From Sarea resinae (lineage: Eukaryota), in assembly GCA_026026165.1 (NCBI GenBank), contig JAPEUD010000048.1:124001-188000 (forward strand): DNA of 64,000 bases, given 5' to 3'. A program made the translations under genes and the position numbers. Below the pieces are notes generated by a model. It did no database searches. It was given only the letters and a program-made list of their open reading frames with translations, and was not told where the DNA came from. Numbering within the stretch: position 1 is the first letter of the stretch; the number at the start of each line of letters is the position of its first letter. Shown piece by piece: positions 17,501 through 30,365 of the stretch.

Positions 17501-19004
17501 CGGACGTCAGACACAATCCAACAGAAACTATACTGCATGATGGAGCCGCGGTCAGCAAAGGCAGTCGAACGAGCCCTCTCAAAATTAGAAGAAGAGGTTC
17601 AGGCAAATCATCAGGCTATAGTCGAGCCGGATACGCAACTGGCCTTAAAGAGAGAGATAGTTGGTGAGGCTCAAAGACTCCTAGAATTTTTCGTTCCCAA
17701 TCGATGCGTTACAGATGTCATCAAGAAATACTGGGGTGGTATCCATATTCTCATTTCTGTGAGTGTAAGTATTCAAAGTCGAATTCCCAGATCATACCTT
17801 GATTTTGATTATCTTCAATTTCTGATCGCCATTTCAGGAGACGGCAGAGGCAAATATTGGCTCCTTGGAAGCAAATCAGTTTTTTCTCGACCACTTGAAG
17901 AGCTTGAGGATCATTGCCGAGGCATTTCGTAAAGAGGTGTCCTCTGACGACAGTGAATTCTTACTTCAGCATCATATATGCCCTGCGCTGGATCAGGCGT
18001 TCCGGGCTTTAGTGATGTTCTCTGTTCTAGGGGCAGATTTGGTATTGAATGGTTGTCCCTCAACCATTCTTGTTCCCGATAAACCTTCGAAGCAATATTG
18101 CCAACTGCGCGATTGCGCAGTTGCGTATGAAGGCTACCTCCGGACGGCAAAGAAACAGATCGCCGACATGGACGATCGAGACTATAGAGAAGAGGCAGAT
18201 TTTGCAGCCTTGGGCGCAACGGATGTTCTAGCTCTTTGTATGAACAACGTCTTGGCAGAGTGCTCGAAGTCATTCGACCTGGTGGATATCTACAGCGAGT
18301 ATATGTCTAAACTGGTACGGTCTGAAGGTATTCCCCAATGGTCTGATAACTGTCTAATGCTTTAATTGTCAGCGAGTCCGAGTCCGCGAGCACCCTACTG
18401 TGCAGGTTTACGACGATATCACCCTTCTAGAGGAGCAGTTGAACATAATTCTGCATACTCTTTCAGGCCAAAATCAGGTCATCCACCAAACTCGAGACAT
18501 AATACAGAATATTAGTCAACTCAAACAAAGAAGCAAGCTAGTGACCCGGGTGTTCGATCGAATGCAACATGAAGATTTACCTCAAAAAATCGCTGAAATC
18601 GAGGAATTACGAGATCAAGCCACTACTGTCAGCAAAGAGGTATGATCGGTAGCACCTCTTACTCAGGTTCTTTAATGAGGTATCTAATGAATATTTTTGG
18701 TTCTTAGGCTCGACAATCAATCAGTCTACGTGCCGAGACAAATGATAAAGCCATCCTTGTCTTCACCATCGTAACCATCATCTTCCTACCTCTCTCGTTC
18801 GTGACCAGCTACCTCGGCATGAACACCGCCGACATCCGCAGCATGAACAATAGCCAAAGCCTCTTCTGGACTATTGCATTGCCCATTACCTTCGCCATCG
18901 CCGCGGTAGCGCTTTTGGTTGCGTTTTACAAACCCTGGGTCCAGCCGCGCCTCGAAGCGTTGCCCCTTCACTTTGCGCGCGGAGACCGCGATAAGCTCGA
19001 ATAG
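14536..19004 (+). CDS. Large (about 1,300-1,350 aa) fungal protein with a C-terminal CorA-like Mg2+ transporter domain, about 8 exons
   Basis: ORF pieces join in frame through GT-AG introns. C-terminus KAILVFTIVTIIFLPLSFVTSYLGMN...LFWTIALPITF has two TM helices and the CorA GMN signature. Upstream motifs FLCLPYF, PVRALLQSRY and IIHVPQLWSL. Start codon uncertain. Confidence 0.75.
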
Positions 19005-19530
19005 CCAAGGGTAGCACATAGCTACGAGTCTCTGATCAATGAAAGTGCTGCATGTTTGTCTCTGTCCATATGGGCGCAGTGCTGGGTTGTTCTTTCAGCC
19101 GGAACTCGAGGTGCTCCCTCTGCACTTCCTCATACGGGAGACCCGATAAGGCGGAAGGGGAACTAATATCTCTGATCAGGTGCTGCTATGGGCAGAATCT
19201 TAACGAGATAGAATGTTAACGCTCCCATCTATTTTGAACACGCCGAAAGTTGGTAACCTTGCGGCCTCATCTCTGAACCTTTCATGATTTTGAAAGCTTG
19301 AAGACGATGCTGGATGCTGGATGAGGGAGATGATGGCTGTGTAATATCTTATATAACAAGAAAAGATAACGGGTGGGCGTGAAGGCGGCGTGAAGGAACG
19401 GGAGGGGAGGGGATCGATCTGCGTCGCGGGGATATATATATACGCACATGAAATGTGGTCACTCAATAGACAAGAGAAACGAATTAACGAATAGTTTGAA
19501 GACCATTAGGCATATAAAGCCTCCCATCTA

Positions 19531-19762
19531 ACATGGCTTATGGCTCAAAGCTCGTAATTTCTTCGTGCGACCAGACGAAACCGATACAGAGAGAGAAACT
19601 GCCCTAGTCCTGGTCTTCATGTGTAGCCTACGTATGGAACGTACGGGTAGCGAAGGTCCCTATTGCTAGGGTCTGTAGATAGATAGGTCAGGTAGAAAAA
19701 TCATGGTTTGGTTATACATTCCTTGGAACTCCATGAATGCGAGCTATGAGTGTAGCCCATGT
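19531..19762 (+). ncRNA. Candidate structured RNA or fold-back element (about 230 nt), class unknown
   Basis: Nested complementary segments: 19531-19559/19735-19762, 19565-19576/19706-19717, 19601-19608/19665-19672, 19612-19618/19652-19658 and 19629-19633/19639-19643. Many G-U pairs on the + strand. No known ncRNA motif matched. Confidence 0.3.
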
Positions 19763-20143
19763 CATCGATCATAGTCACAACTACGACGACGAATACACCT
19801 AAAATTGCAACTTTCAACTACAGGTACGATTACGAAACCCAGGTTCTCTCCATCTAGTAACCCTACTGATTGAGTGAGAGTCTGTTGGATTTATTATTAC
19901 TACGAGCCATACATAAAACATTTGTCGCCTCCCTTCAGATTGTAAAGCGAATACCTTGTCCCTGGGCCTGCCACTGCTCCGTCCGGTCGAGCTAGAAGAA
20001 AATAAAAAAACCCCGCAGAAACGCCCCGTAGGTGCAAATGTCTTCAAGCATCTGTCAAAGGTCTTTCAGGCCCTGAGAGAGATTTGTGGTCGCTGTTGTT
20101 TGGTTGCTTGGTTGCTTGTTGATGCGTTGAGGCGTTGATTTGC

Positions 20144-21501
20144 TTACTCCGAAGCTAGTCTAGAGGCGCAATTAGCAGTGGACCAAGCCAAGCAGCGGGC
20201 GCGCGTCTCCTGTTCTCCCCTCCTTCGTTCTTCACAAGCTGATTCAACAATAGGGGAAGAGAGGATAGCACAGCCTTTCGGCACTAACCTGTAGCTCACA
20301 AGGGTATCGACGCGATGATTGCTGGTGCTGAAACCTCTTAACTGGACCTTCTCGCCATTTTCGATCTCCTTGGCGTCGCTGTCGCCCCACTCCATCGGCA
20401 CGTCGCTGTCGGCGTCGGCGTACACGAGCACGTTGAAGGTGCAGTTGCCGTCTAGTTGCGGTAAGAAGGTTACGCTCGCTGTGATCTGTCGGAATATCGA
20501 TTGGATCTCGTCTTGGATCTCCTTTTCTGTTTTTTCGACCGGGGGTTCAACAGGGCTAGGAGCGTTAGGAAGCCAGATTAGCGATGGGAAATAAGAGAAG
20601 GGTGAATGGAGTAGGGCGGGTGAGAAAGAGAGAGGAGACAAACGCTGGAGCGGCGTTTTCTTTATCCACGGAACGCTTTGAGGGCTTCGATTTCGTGCTT
20701 TTGTTGAAGATTTGTACCTATGTAGAACCCGTGCATACCGTAAGCCATCAGATCTGCATATATAGACTACTGTGCTTGAATTGTGGATCATACGTACATC
20801 AAACTGCCATCTTTCTACATGCTCGCCTGTCTCCTTGCTAGTGATGACGACGACGAGCTTTGAGATCTTGCCGCCGATCATCCATTTGTTGAGCTGCGAC
20901 ATGATCTTTTTGATGTAGGCTTTTACTTGGTCGTCGGAGGACACTGAGTCAAGATTGGGATGGCAGTTAGTGGAGCTGAACAATTGACAGGGTTTATTTG
21001 CGGAGGAGGGGCTTCGTTTCGGTAGGACACCGTGGGAAGGCCATACCTAGCATGTTCAAGCCATATTTTTTGACACTGAGGGATATATCTTAGTATATTC
21101 AGGCAGATAGTTTCTGTTTCTTTGAGGAATCGAAACGCGGCTTACGCTGTGAAATCTTCGGCGGGATACACGCCCCTCTGGAACCTGTTTTTGGCAATTT
21201 AGTTCATGCTCCTGAATTGATGAAAGCCCAAAAGGAACATGCAAACATACAGAATGGTATTGATAGAATATTCAAACTAAGGCCCATAGCGATTAAAGTC
21301 AGACATTTCTCATTCTTTAACTGCCACATTGTCCAACTAGGCTACAGAGAAGGCGTCGCAAACTTACGAATTCCGCTACTAATTTCGATGATCCTATTTC
21401 CACCGCGCATTAGATGTTTGGCATGTATACCCAAGGACTGGCGCGCCCCTACCTTTCAAGGACAGCTTGTGCACCTTCGACTTGTCCTTTTCGGATGACA
21501 T
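20144..21501 (-). CDS. MAD2: Spindle assembly checkpoint HORMA protein Mad2, about 9 exons including several microexons
   Basis: Spliced: MSSEKDKSKVHKLSLKG|SSKLVAEF|FEYSINTIL|FQRGVYPAEDFTA|VKKYGLNML|VSSDDQVKAYIKKIMSQL...ERWQFD...IFRQITASVTFLP...FSTSNHRVDTLVSYR|LASE*. Confidence 0.95.
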
Positions 21502-21974
21502 GGTGAGCGGTGTTGGAGAAATGAGTTTGGTTTGTGGGATTTCAAGCTCTGTCTCTGCGGCTCAGCGATGGCCTTTGCGGTGATGGCGGGGTCTTCGACC
21601 TTGGATGTTGTTTTACTGGGGTTGACTCGGTAACGGGACGGTGCTTGTGGGCTCTGTAGTATCGCAACGACCAGACATGATGTGGTCAATACTGGACTTT
21701 TATGCAGCGACTTTCAGTTACTTGATGATGAGATGCGTACCAAGACACTAGGAGATTCGACGATTGCAATACTCAGTCTTACCTGGAATCCAATATATCT
21801 ATGCTCCGCAGGCGAATGCAACGCCACTGGTTTCTTCTCTGCATGCACGCATGCTGCTGGGGGACTAACGCTGGGGATCTACCGTCTGCTTAGTCATCTG
21901 TCGATATTTCAACTTCCCTGTGCTTCAACGACCAGACAGCAGCAATATAGATATTGGAGCTCACAGTCGAACTG
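21502..21974. promoter_or_regulatory. Short divergent (bidirectional) promoter region between MAD2 and GUF1
   Basis: Head-to-head start codons about 470 bp apart; inferred from gene geometry only. Confidence 0.5.
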
Positions 21975-24039
21975 ATGCGACTATGCTATCGCATTGCCGA
22001 GCGGCTGAGGGCATCAAGCCAGCGGCCACTTGGTCTTCTTCGCTCCTCACTCGTTCGTGAAAGGCCAGGTATCGCAGCCGAATGGCAACGGGACTTCCAA
22101 TGCTCGGCATCCCTCTACGCCCAGGCCTCGAAGCCCCCTTCGGAACTCGAACGGAGGATCGCCGCCATTCCGATTGAGAGATTCCGCAATTTCTGCATCG
22201 TTGCCCATGTCGATCATGGCAAGAGCACGCTCAGCGATCGACTGCTCGAGCTTACGGGCACGATCGAGAAGGGGGGCAATAAACAGATCCTGGATAAACT
22301 GGATGTGGAGCGCGAGCGGGGTATCACTGTCAAGGCGCAGACGTGTAGTATGATCTACAATTACGAGGGGGAGGATTATCTTCTGCATCTCGTTGACACC
22401 CCCGGCCATGTGGACTTTCGCGCCGAGGTCTCGAGGAGTTATGCCAGCTGTGGAGGAGCGCTTCTACTGGTCGATGCAAGCCAAGGCGTCCAGGCTCAGA
22501 CCGTTGCCAATTTCTACCTCGCCTTTTCTCAGGGCTTGACTCTTGTTCCTGTTATTAACAAGGTCGACTTACCATCAGCTGATCCGCCGAGAGCGTTGGA
22601 GCAAATGCAGAGCACATTTGAGCTTGACCCGGCTAAAGCGGTCTTGGTTTCCGCGAAGACGGGCTTGAATGTTGAAGCGGTGTTGCCGAATGTCATCGAA
22701 CAGATTCCCCAGTGAGTATGAGCCAAAGATCTCAGTCCCTTCACCACTGAACGGCGTCTAATTGACTATCTACAGCCCTGTAGGTGATTCAACAAAGCCA
22801 TTGCGCCTCCTCCTTGTCGACTCCTGGTACGACAATTACAAAGGTGTCATCCTCCTTGTCCGCATCTTTGATGGCCAGATCAGACCAGGAAATCAAATCG
22901 TCTCCTTCGTAACGGGTCTCAAATACTTCGTCGGCGAAGTCGGCATCATGTATCCGTACCAAACCCCGCAGACCGTCCTTCGCGCAGGCCAAGTCGGCTA
23001 CATCTACTTCAACCCTGGCATGAAACGATCCCAAGAAGCAAAAGTAGGGGACACCTATACGACTGTCGGAAGCGAAAAGCTCGTCTCCCCACTCCCTGGA
23101 TTCGAAGAACCCAAATCCATGGTCTTCGTTGCTGCGTTCCCGGTTGACCAGTCAGATTACCAGCACCTGGAGGATAGTATTAACCAGATCGTGCTCAACG
23201 ACCGCAGCGTAACGCTCCAAAAAGAATCCTCCGAAGCCCTTGGCGCAGGCTGGCGTCTCGGCTTCCTTGGCACCCTCCACTGTTCTGTCTTCGAAGACCG
23301 CCTCCGCCAGGAGCATGGCGCCTCCATCATCATCACGCCGCCCACCGTGCCCTTCAAAGTCGTCTGGAGTAACGGCACCGAAACCATCATCCAAAACCCG
23401 GCCCTTTTCCCCGACAAAGACGTAGCGCACGGCAAAGTCGCCGAATTGCAAGAACCATATGTCTCCGCCACCATCACACTACCAGAAGAATACTTGGGCA
23501 AAGTAATTGAGCTCTGCGAATCCAACCGCGGCGACCAGATTGATCTCTCCTTCTTCACCGCCACGCAGGTCATCCTTAAATACGACATCCCGCTCGCGCA
23601 GCTCGTCGACGATTTCTTCGGCAAGCTTAAATCCGCAACTAAGGGGTATGCATCGTTGGACTACGAAGACGCGGGATTCCGGCGGTCCAACATCCAGAAG
23701 CTCCAGCTCCTCGTCAACAAAGTGCCCGTGGACGCCGTGGCACGCGTGGTGCATTCTTCGCAGGCGGAGCGGCTCGGTAGGCAATGGGTCACCAAGTTCA
23801 AGGAGCATGTTGATCGGCAGATGTTCGAGGTCGTGATCCAGGCGACGGCGGGCAAGAGGGTAGTGGCGCGCGAGACGATCAAACCGTTCCGCAAGGACGT
23901 GCTGCAGAAGCTGCACGCGGCCGATGTCACGCGACGGAAGAAGCTGCTGGAGAGGCAGAAGGAGGGCAGGAAGAAATTGAAGGCGGTCGGCAACATCGCC
24001 ATCGACCAAAAGGCGTTTCAGGGTTTCTTGGCTAAATAG
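21975..24039 (+). CDS. GUF1: Mitochondrial translation factor GUF1 (LepA/EF-4), 2 exons
   Basis: Arg-rich presequence. [51 protein letters not shown] and LepA C-terminus [26 protein letters not shown]. Intron 22712-22775. Confidence 0.96.
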
Positions 24040-25077
24040 AAATAAACGCTGGCGGCTGGCGGCTGGCGGCAGAGTGGGAAAAGTGGTGGGCTGGATACTC
24101 GATTCTACTGTGTATAGATATCTCATAGCGGCCGCTCTGTTTTTGTATACCTTCACCCTCGACAACATATCTATAAACCCTTTTTCTATAATCGCGTTTC
24201 CCGCGCTCGAAGCCACCTCTAGACGCACGGCAGGGTATTTGACTTGGGCGCCCTTTTTGGCTCCGCCGTCACGCGGAATTGATTCACCTGCAAGATTGCT
24301 AGATAGAGAAGCTTCCTTTAAAGTGTTAAAGCTTCTGGCTATGCGCCCGCGTAGATCAAGTTCTGCGAATCACTTGTGCACGACCCCTGCCATATCTGGA
24401 TCTTTCTTTCTGTGGTATGGTTCGGATACGTCAATGGCATACAATATACAATCAATTCGGCTGCTTTCAATAATATCTGGGAATGCATGGCCTTGTATCT
24501 ACCACCCTTCCATGCTCCGTCCTCAAAGCCAAATCCGACACTCAACGACAAACTCCACCACAAACGAATTCAAGCAAGCCACCCAGAGGTGGATCAAGCA
24601 GGCATAAAGCACAGGATCTAGTAACCGGAGTGAGGAGGTTCCAGTAAAGTTTCTCTATTTCTTTCTTTGTTTAGATTACCCCTCTTACGGGCAGCTGCTC
24701 GGAAGTGCCTAAAGGAAGCATTTATTCTAGTCCCAAAGCGGGGGCATGCAAGCTCTTCCAAGGTCGAATATATCATGTTTTTTCCTTGTTCTGACTCCTC
24801 GTTCTTGGTTCTCCAGTAGTCTAGGTCACGTACAGAAGCACCTGTCTTTCCGGTCGCGGTCTATGTCTAGCCTATATAGGACTGTCTTGGTTTGATCTGG
24901 AACGATCTCACAGTTGGGGGTTTCATTGTTCGGTCTTGGGATTATATGTTGTTTGTGTGAGATGGCTTTTTGGCTGGAGGGTTGGTGAACTACTTTTATT
25001 ATTGAGGATCAAGCTCTCTTGTTCTCTCCCTCGCTCTCTCTCCCCCCCACAAACACACACACACACACATCGAGATT

Positions 25078-25737
25078 ATGGATCCCTCGCACAGAACCAA
25101 GGATGATAGCCTCAGCCGGCCCTCTGTTTCCCATCCTCCTCCCCCGCCGCCACCGCCACCACCACCGCCTCCACAGTCCACTTCACACGACAAAGCCAAA
25201 ACGGATGGGACACACACAGCAGCAAAGCCGATATTCTCCCGGACGTCGCCATTCATACAGAAGCTCATGGCCGCGCCTCCCGGATACTTCTTCCAGCCCA
25301 AGACGGCCGTAGAACCCCGTGATCTACCCGGTCCACGAACAGGGCCGTATTTCTTCTACGGCACCCTGATGGACGCCTCCCTGCTCTCGGAGATCCTATC
25401 ACTGCCAAAAGACTCGCCTCCGCCTGTGCTAAGACCCGCCAAGATCGAGGGCTATACATGCAAGCTGTGGGGCCAATACCCGGCCGTGCTGGCCGGAACC
25501 ACGGGTGCGATCGTGGAAGGGGCCGTTTACGACGTCGGCAACGCGGTGCATGCGACTAGGCTTGCTGAGTACGAAACCAAAGCGTACAAGACCCGGCCCT
25601 GCTTCATTCAATACACAGACGGCCAGGAGCCCTGCGATGATTACGGCACCGTCTTTGCGTTTGCGGGAAGGGAGGATGAGTTGAGTGAGGGGACGTTCGA
25701 CTTGAGGGAGTGGTTGCGGCGGATGGGCAGGGGCTAA
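25078..25737 (+). CDS. Gamma-glutamylcyclotransferase-like / AIG2-like protein
   Basis: Single exon, 219 aa. YFFYGTLMD, LRPAKIEGY..KLWGQYPA, VEGAVYDV and RLAEYET..Y are typical GGCT-fold motifs. Poly-Pro N-terminus is encoded by (CCR)n. Confidence 0.8.
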   Translation: MDPSHRTKDDSLSRPSVSHPPPPPPPPPPPPPQSTSHDKAKTDGTHTAAKPIFSRTSPFIQKLMAAPPGYFFQPKTAVEPRDLPGPRTGPYFFYGTLMDASLLSEILSLPKDSPPPVLRPAKIEGYTCKLWGQYPAVLAGTTGAIVEGAVYDVGNAVHATRLAEYETKAYKTRPCFIQYTDGQEPCDDYGTVFAFAGREDELSEGTFDLREWLRRMGRG

Positions 25738-26261
25738 AAAGTGAAGATTGGAATTGCTGAGCATTGAACTCCCGAGCATTTAATTGTTGAGTACACGGCC
25801 CGTGTACAAGGCTTCGTCTTTGCCTCATGAAGCACACATCCAAATACGAGCCGCGAGACGATGACGGGATGGCTTTTGGTTTTGAGGCAGACTGGCAGAG
25901 CGCAAGGGGTCAACTGATGCACGCCATGTCCAAGCCCGGCCCTTCTTTCGTGAAATACATAAACAATTGAGGAGCCACAAGACAATTACTGCCCTAAAAA
26001 GTGCATGTAGAAAGAAAGCCTACTTACCGATGTTGGAGATGTGTCTTGTTGAGTCAGGGCAAATAAGAGATAGAGAGAAAGTTGACTTTGTTGCTTTTGG
26101 GGGCTGTCTAATAGAATGATAGATAGATTGGTAGTATTAGTAGTAGTAGATTACAGCTCTTCGCTACCAAAAAGGAGAAGAAATGAAATCCAAGAACAGA
26201 ACGAAATCCCCAACTCCAACTCTGACCGCACGATCCAAACCAACATCACCAAACATCAGCA

Positions 26262-27688
26262 TCAGCCAGCCAAGCCCTTCACCCCCTCAGTCCCACCCAC
26301 CATCTTGGCCTTGACCAGCACCGGGATCGCGGCGCCGGTCAGGAGGGGAAATTCGCGATGTTGCAAGACGCGCAGAATGGAGGCGATGGCGCCGGAATGG
26401 CTCGTAAACGAGATGAAAGCGCTGCCGTCATGAGTGAAGACGTCGTCGAGGAGTTTCTTCATCCGCCTGTCGTGCTGCGCGTGCGTCTCGCGGATCGTTG
26501 GCGACCAGAGCGGGTCCGTTTCGCTGAAGGCTGGCTCGAAGGGGAAGTCGGGGAATTCGGCGTGGATGTACGTGGCTGTGCTACGGCGGTCGCACGTGTG
26601 CTCGCCGATTGTTTCGCGGAGGAGCTGTTGTCGCAGGAAAAGGGGAATGTTAGAGATATTGGCTTTCTTCCGTGAGGATGGGATGTGGGATGAACGGGAA
26701 AAGGGGAAGTGGGTGTGGCATACCTCCTTGATCTCTGGGACGAAGGGTCTATCTTCTGGAAGTTCCAGGCGGAAGAACGTATTATTTGCTGTGGCTAGAC
26801 ACCTGTGCAACGGGCTGGCATAGTATTTCTCCGGCGCGGGCATGCGCTCGGCTTCGAGCTGCGAGACCCAGAAGGAGTGCGCGGCCAGAGCTTGCTGGAT
26901 GCCCTTCGGGGTGAGGTGGGCATCGGCCCATGTCGTGGTTCCGTTACCGTCTTCTTTAGCCCAGTAGTCCTATCAATATGTGTCAGTCTCCATCTGCTCA
27001 ATACCACAGCCACTCTAAAAGGCCGCTGTGGGCTCGAGTGAAACGTACATTCCATGCCGTGGTGCCGTAATAGCTCTCAGCGACATTATGAACGCCCTCC
27101 CCATGGCGGCCCATGTATAGGAGTTTGTACCGGACATCATCCTTGCTCAGCTTGTTCAACTGCTGGACATAGTATTCGAAACGCTGCCATTGCGTCTTCT
27201 TATGATTCGGGTCAAAGTCCGCATCGGTTTCGTATGTGCGGTCGATAAGGCCAAAGTTCGTCTTTGTCTGCTAGGTCTGAGCATGATGAATCGAACTGGA
27301 AATCTCTTTTCCTCATTTGAGAGAAGTATCACGTACGTAGTCAAAAATCGTGGGGTCGACATGGGGCTCGTCCTGCATGAACAACCCTGAGACGGTGGAG
27401 TAGTCTATGCGCGGGACGGTTTGACCCTCGCCCACCATGAACATGAGGACGCAGATGACAGTGGATACGAACAATGCCGAGCTGTATGAGGAGAAAGCGA
27501 TTGCAGTCAGCTATGTTACAAACATCAAAGGAGCTGGTGGTGGTGCCAAATGCGCTTTTTGCGATGGGACGAAATTGAGGTCTGGAGGTAGCTCGGAGAG
27601 GATGTGCTTACACGATGATTTCGGTGCGGCAGAATCGCGACCATCTGATTCTCTGCCTAGTATGTCTTCTTACCCTTGACAACAACAT
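26262..27688 (-). CDS. Histidine phosphatase / phosphoglycerate mutase-like protein (PMU1-like), about 5 exons
   Basis: Spliced pieces YSTVSGLFMQDEPHVDPTIFDY, NFGLIDRTY...QWQRF, KLLYMGRHGEGVHN (RHG motif), YASPLHRC, LRETIGEHTCDRRS and ISFTSHSGAI. First exon from ATG 27688 inferred through a GTAAGC donor. Confidence 0.85.
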
Positions 27689-28061
27689 GGCCAAGGTCAA
27701 CAATCCTCAAACGAATGGTTCGGCGTCACGTTTGACGCTCGCAGGAACATCTTGCAGCCATTACACGCGTTGTAGCCAAACAGCAGCTATGATGATGTCG
27801 TCGGGCGGTGAGCCCCCTCGACGTGAGCCCTCCAGCCGTCATTTGGATGACTAATCCATCACCAAGAAATCCAATTCAAAAGCCGTTCGGAGGTATCCAT
27901 AGATAGGTCTTTACACTTCAGTCGGCTTCAAAATATGGATATGACCAATTGTAGGTAAAGTACTCTAAATTTTTCACCCAGTCTCAAAGAGAACAACCTC
28001 TCATGCGAAGCTACCTACATGCATCACAGACCCGAAACGCCAGAGCAATCTACGATCAAAA

Positions 28062-29324
28062 TCATCTTCTGGCATGCTCCCTCTCCACCTCGTACATGAA
28101 GTCGAAATACGGCTTGTCGAAATGGTGTACTCTGACATATCCATCTTCACCTCCTGATGCGTAGCCCAGTCCCTGTGGATGCACTGCAATCGTGTTCAGG
28201 GGTCCGAAATGGCCCTTGACCCGTCCAATTTCATCCTCGAATATCCGGTGATAGAAGCGGGCTTCGAATTTGCCCTGTCGTGACGAGGTGGTTGTGACAT
28301 CCATAGCCGCCTGGCCACCTCCGAGAATGACGTAATCCTTCTTCGGCGTAATTGCCGCGGTGTTGAGGGGAGTATCGGTTGTGAAACTCTTCAAGATCTC
28401 GAGGTTTCGGGCAGTGATAATCTAGAACGGAGTCAGTAACTCTGCGTTACCAGGCGGATGCTAGACGCGACTTCGCGCATACCTTTGCGGTCTTGTCTTT
28501 CGATGCGGTGACGAAGTATGTCCGGTCGGGAGCCCACTGGAGATCATTGACTTGCATGTCCTCCTCGTGGGCTTGGACATTGAGAAGTTGCTCTCCAGTC
28601 TGGAGACTCGTTAGAGAATGTATTGAAGATCCTGTGCCGAGATAGAAGGCCATACCTTAGCATCATATTGCGAGACGGTACCGTCCTCATGTCCCGCAAT
28701 GATGTACTTGGAGAGATAGCTCCAGCCGGCGACGGTAGCCTTGCTCTCTTCACATGTTATGGTCAAAGCCCTCTCGTCTGCTTGCTCCGCATCCACGTCC
28801 ACAATGATATCAAAGACCACGATAGTTCCCAGGTATCCCATTCGCTTCTCCGTCACCGCCAACAGCTGCGTTCCATCTTCGTTGAATTCGACTCGTTTGA
28901 CGGCAGTGGGAAACTCCCACGTCTTCAAGCATTTCCCAGTCTTGACATCCCATATCTTAACGGTATTGTCGGCCCCACCAGTTGCCAGAAGCGTAGTTGA
29001 TTTGTCCACATCGACGGTCCACAAAGCGCCCTGATGCCCGTGGTAGGTTCCCAGCCGTTCGCCGTTGGCAGAATACCATGCGCACACAACGTGATCCTTG
29101 GCGGTGGAGAAGAGAATGTCGCCATCCTGCGTGTATCTGTCGGATGTCAGCAATCGGCGTCCCCGTGTCTTCGAGGCTCGTTCGAAGAGACGCACTTTAT
29201 CTGAGTGAGCGAACGCTCCTGCGTGGTGGATTAGCCCAAATCTCCAAGCAAAAGAGAGATCGCATCAGCCAAGAAGGGATGGCAGGAGGGCACATACATG
29301 GCCTTGCAGAAGGATTGGCCTCAT
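28062..29324 (-). CDS. TIF34: Eukaryotic translation initiation factor 3 subunit I (WD40)
   Basis: [16 protein letters not shown]|...[15 protein letters not shown]...[14 protein letters not shown]...[16 protein letters not shown]...[13 protein letters not shown]. Confidence 0.96.
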
Positions 29325-30365
29325 GTTGAGGACGGGAAGAGAGGCCTAGGTAGAGAGAGTCGGAGATGCTGTGTATGAAGTTGCAGCTGTGGGCACTTGA
29401 AGGTCGCAGGGCTGATTGATGTTCCTGAAGTTGGTGGTGGATGTCGCTTCGCGTGTTCCATTTTCGCCTCCAGTGGACTTCGACAATTTTGTGCGCTTGT
29501 GCGTTTGGGGATCCGCTCCGCTAGAGGAACCGCGCCAGTCCCAAGCCGTAATCGCATCGCCCAGCGCCCCGCCATAGTCATCAGTTACACCCCGCCGAGG
29601 AACCCTTCGGGTTCCATTCCACTCTGCCCGTACCTCGCAGGAAGTACCTCGCCATACAGCCTACGAGGCAAGGTACCGCCCCATGTTGTATGTGTCCTTG
29701 GCGGAGGACGACATCGGCGGAAAGAGAACGAAAAAAAAGATAAGGTCGACGATAGCAAGAAGACACCATGGAGGGAGTGACTCAAAACTTCCTCCCTGGC
29801 TACTCAAACGGTGAGCCTAAATGCGCACAAGTATTTACATCCATCAGGTAGAGAACGTAGACCTAAGCCTCTCCCCAAGTTTCCACTTTCCACCCGCCTC
29901 GCACGCTCTGCAGATCTCCTTGGATCTACGGTCCGTGACTGCTGCCATTGAACCCTCCACTCGCGTCGCACGGTTCGAATTCCATTGTGTGGCTTTCCCC
30001 TTCCGCTACCGATACAGCGCCTACCCTTACGTGCTTCTTGATTGAAGTCGTTCTTCCGGCGACCAGAATGCGACAGCAGCAAGTCAGACTCGCTCAACCA
30101 ATTGCTGCAGCATCCTTACCTCGGTCACCGCTTGCCCGCCCTTGCCCCCGCCCCATCCTGCATTTGATTACTCGGAGTCTGCCTGGGACCAATAATTCCT
30201 CACCAGTCTTGTTGGCTGCAAGGACCCTGTCGACATTGCGGGGCAGCAAGCTCACCACTCGGTCACTGATTCCAAGGTACTACCTCGTTGGGCGTCTCAA
30301 CTCTCGGAATTGCTTCGCTGACTGCATCATCCTCAAGACGACTCTTTTCTAGCAGTCCTCGCATC

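Noticed and set aside
19582..19592. CGATACAGAGA match to the U6 snRNA ACAGAGA box
   Set aside because: Only 11 nt match; the following AGATTAGC, the internal stem-loop and the T-run terminator are absent.
24074..24621. 177-aa and 81-aa ORFs downstream of GUF1
   Set aside because: Non-ATG starts, no motifs and no codon bias; probably UTR or intergenic.
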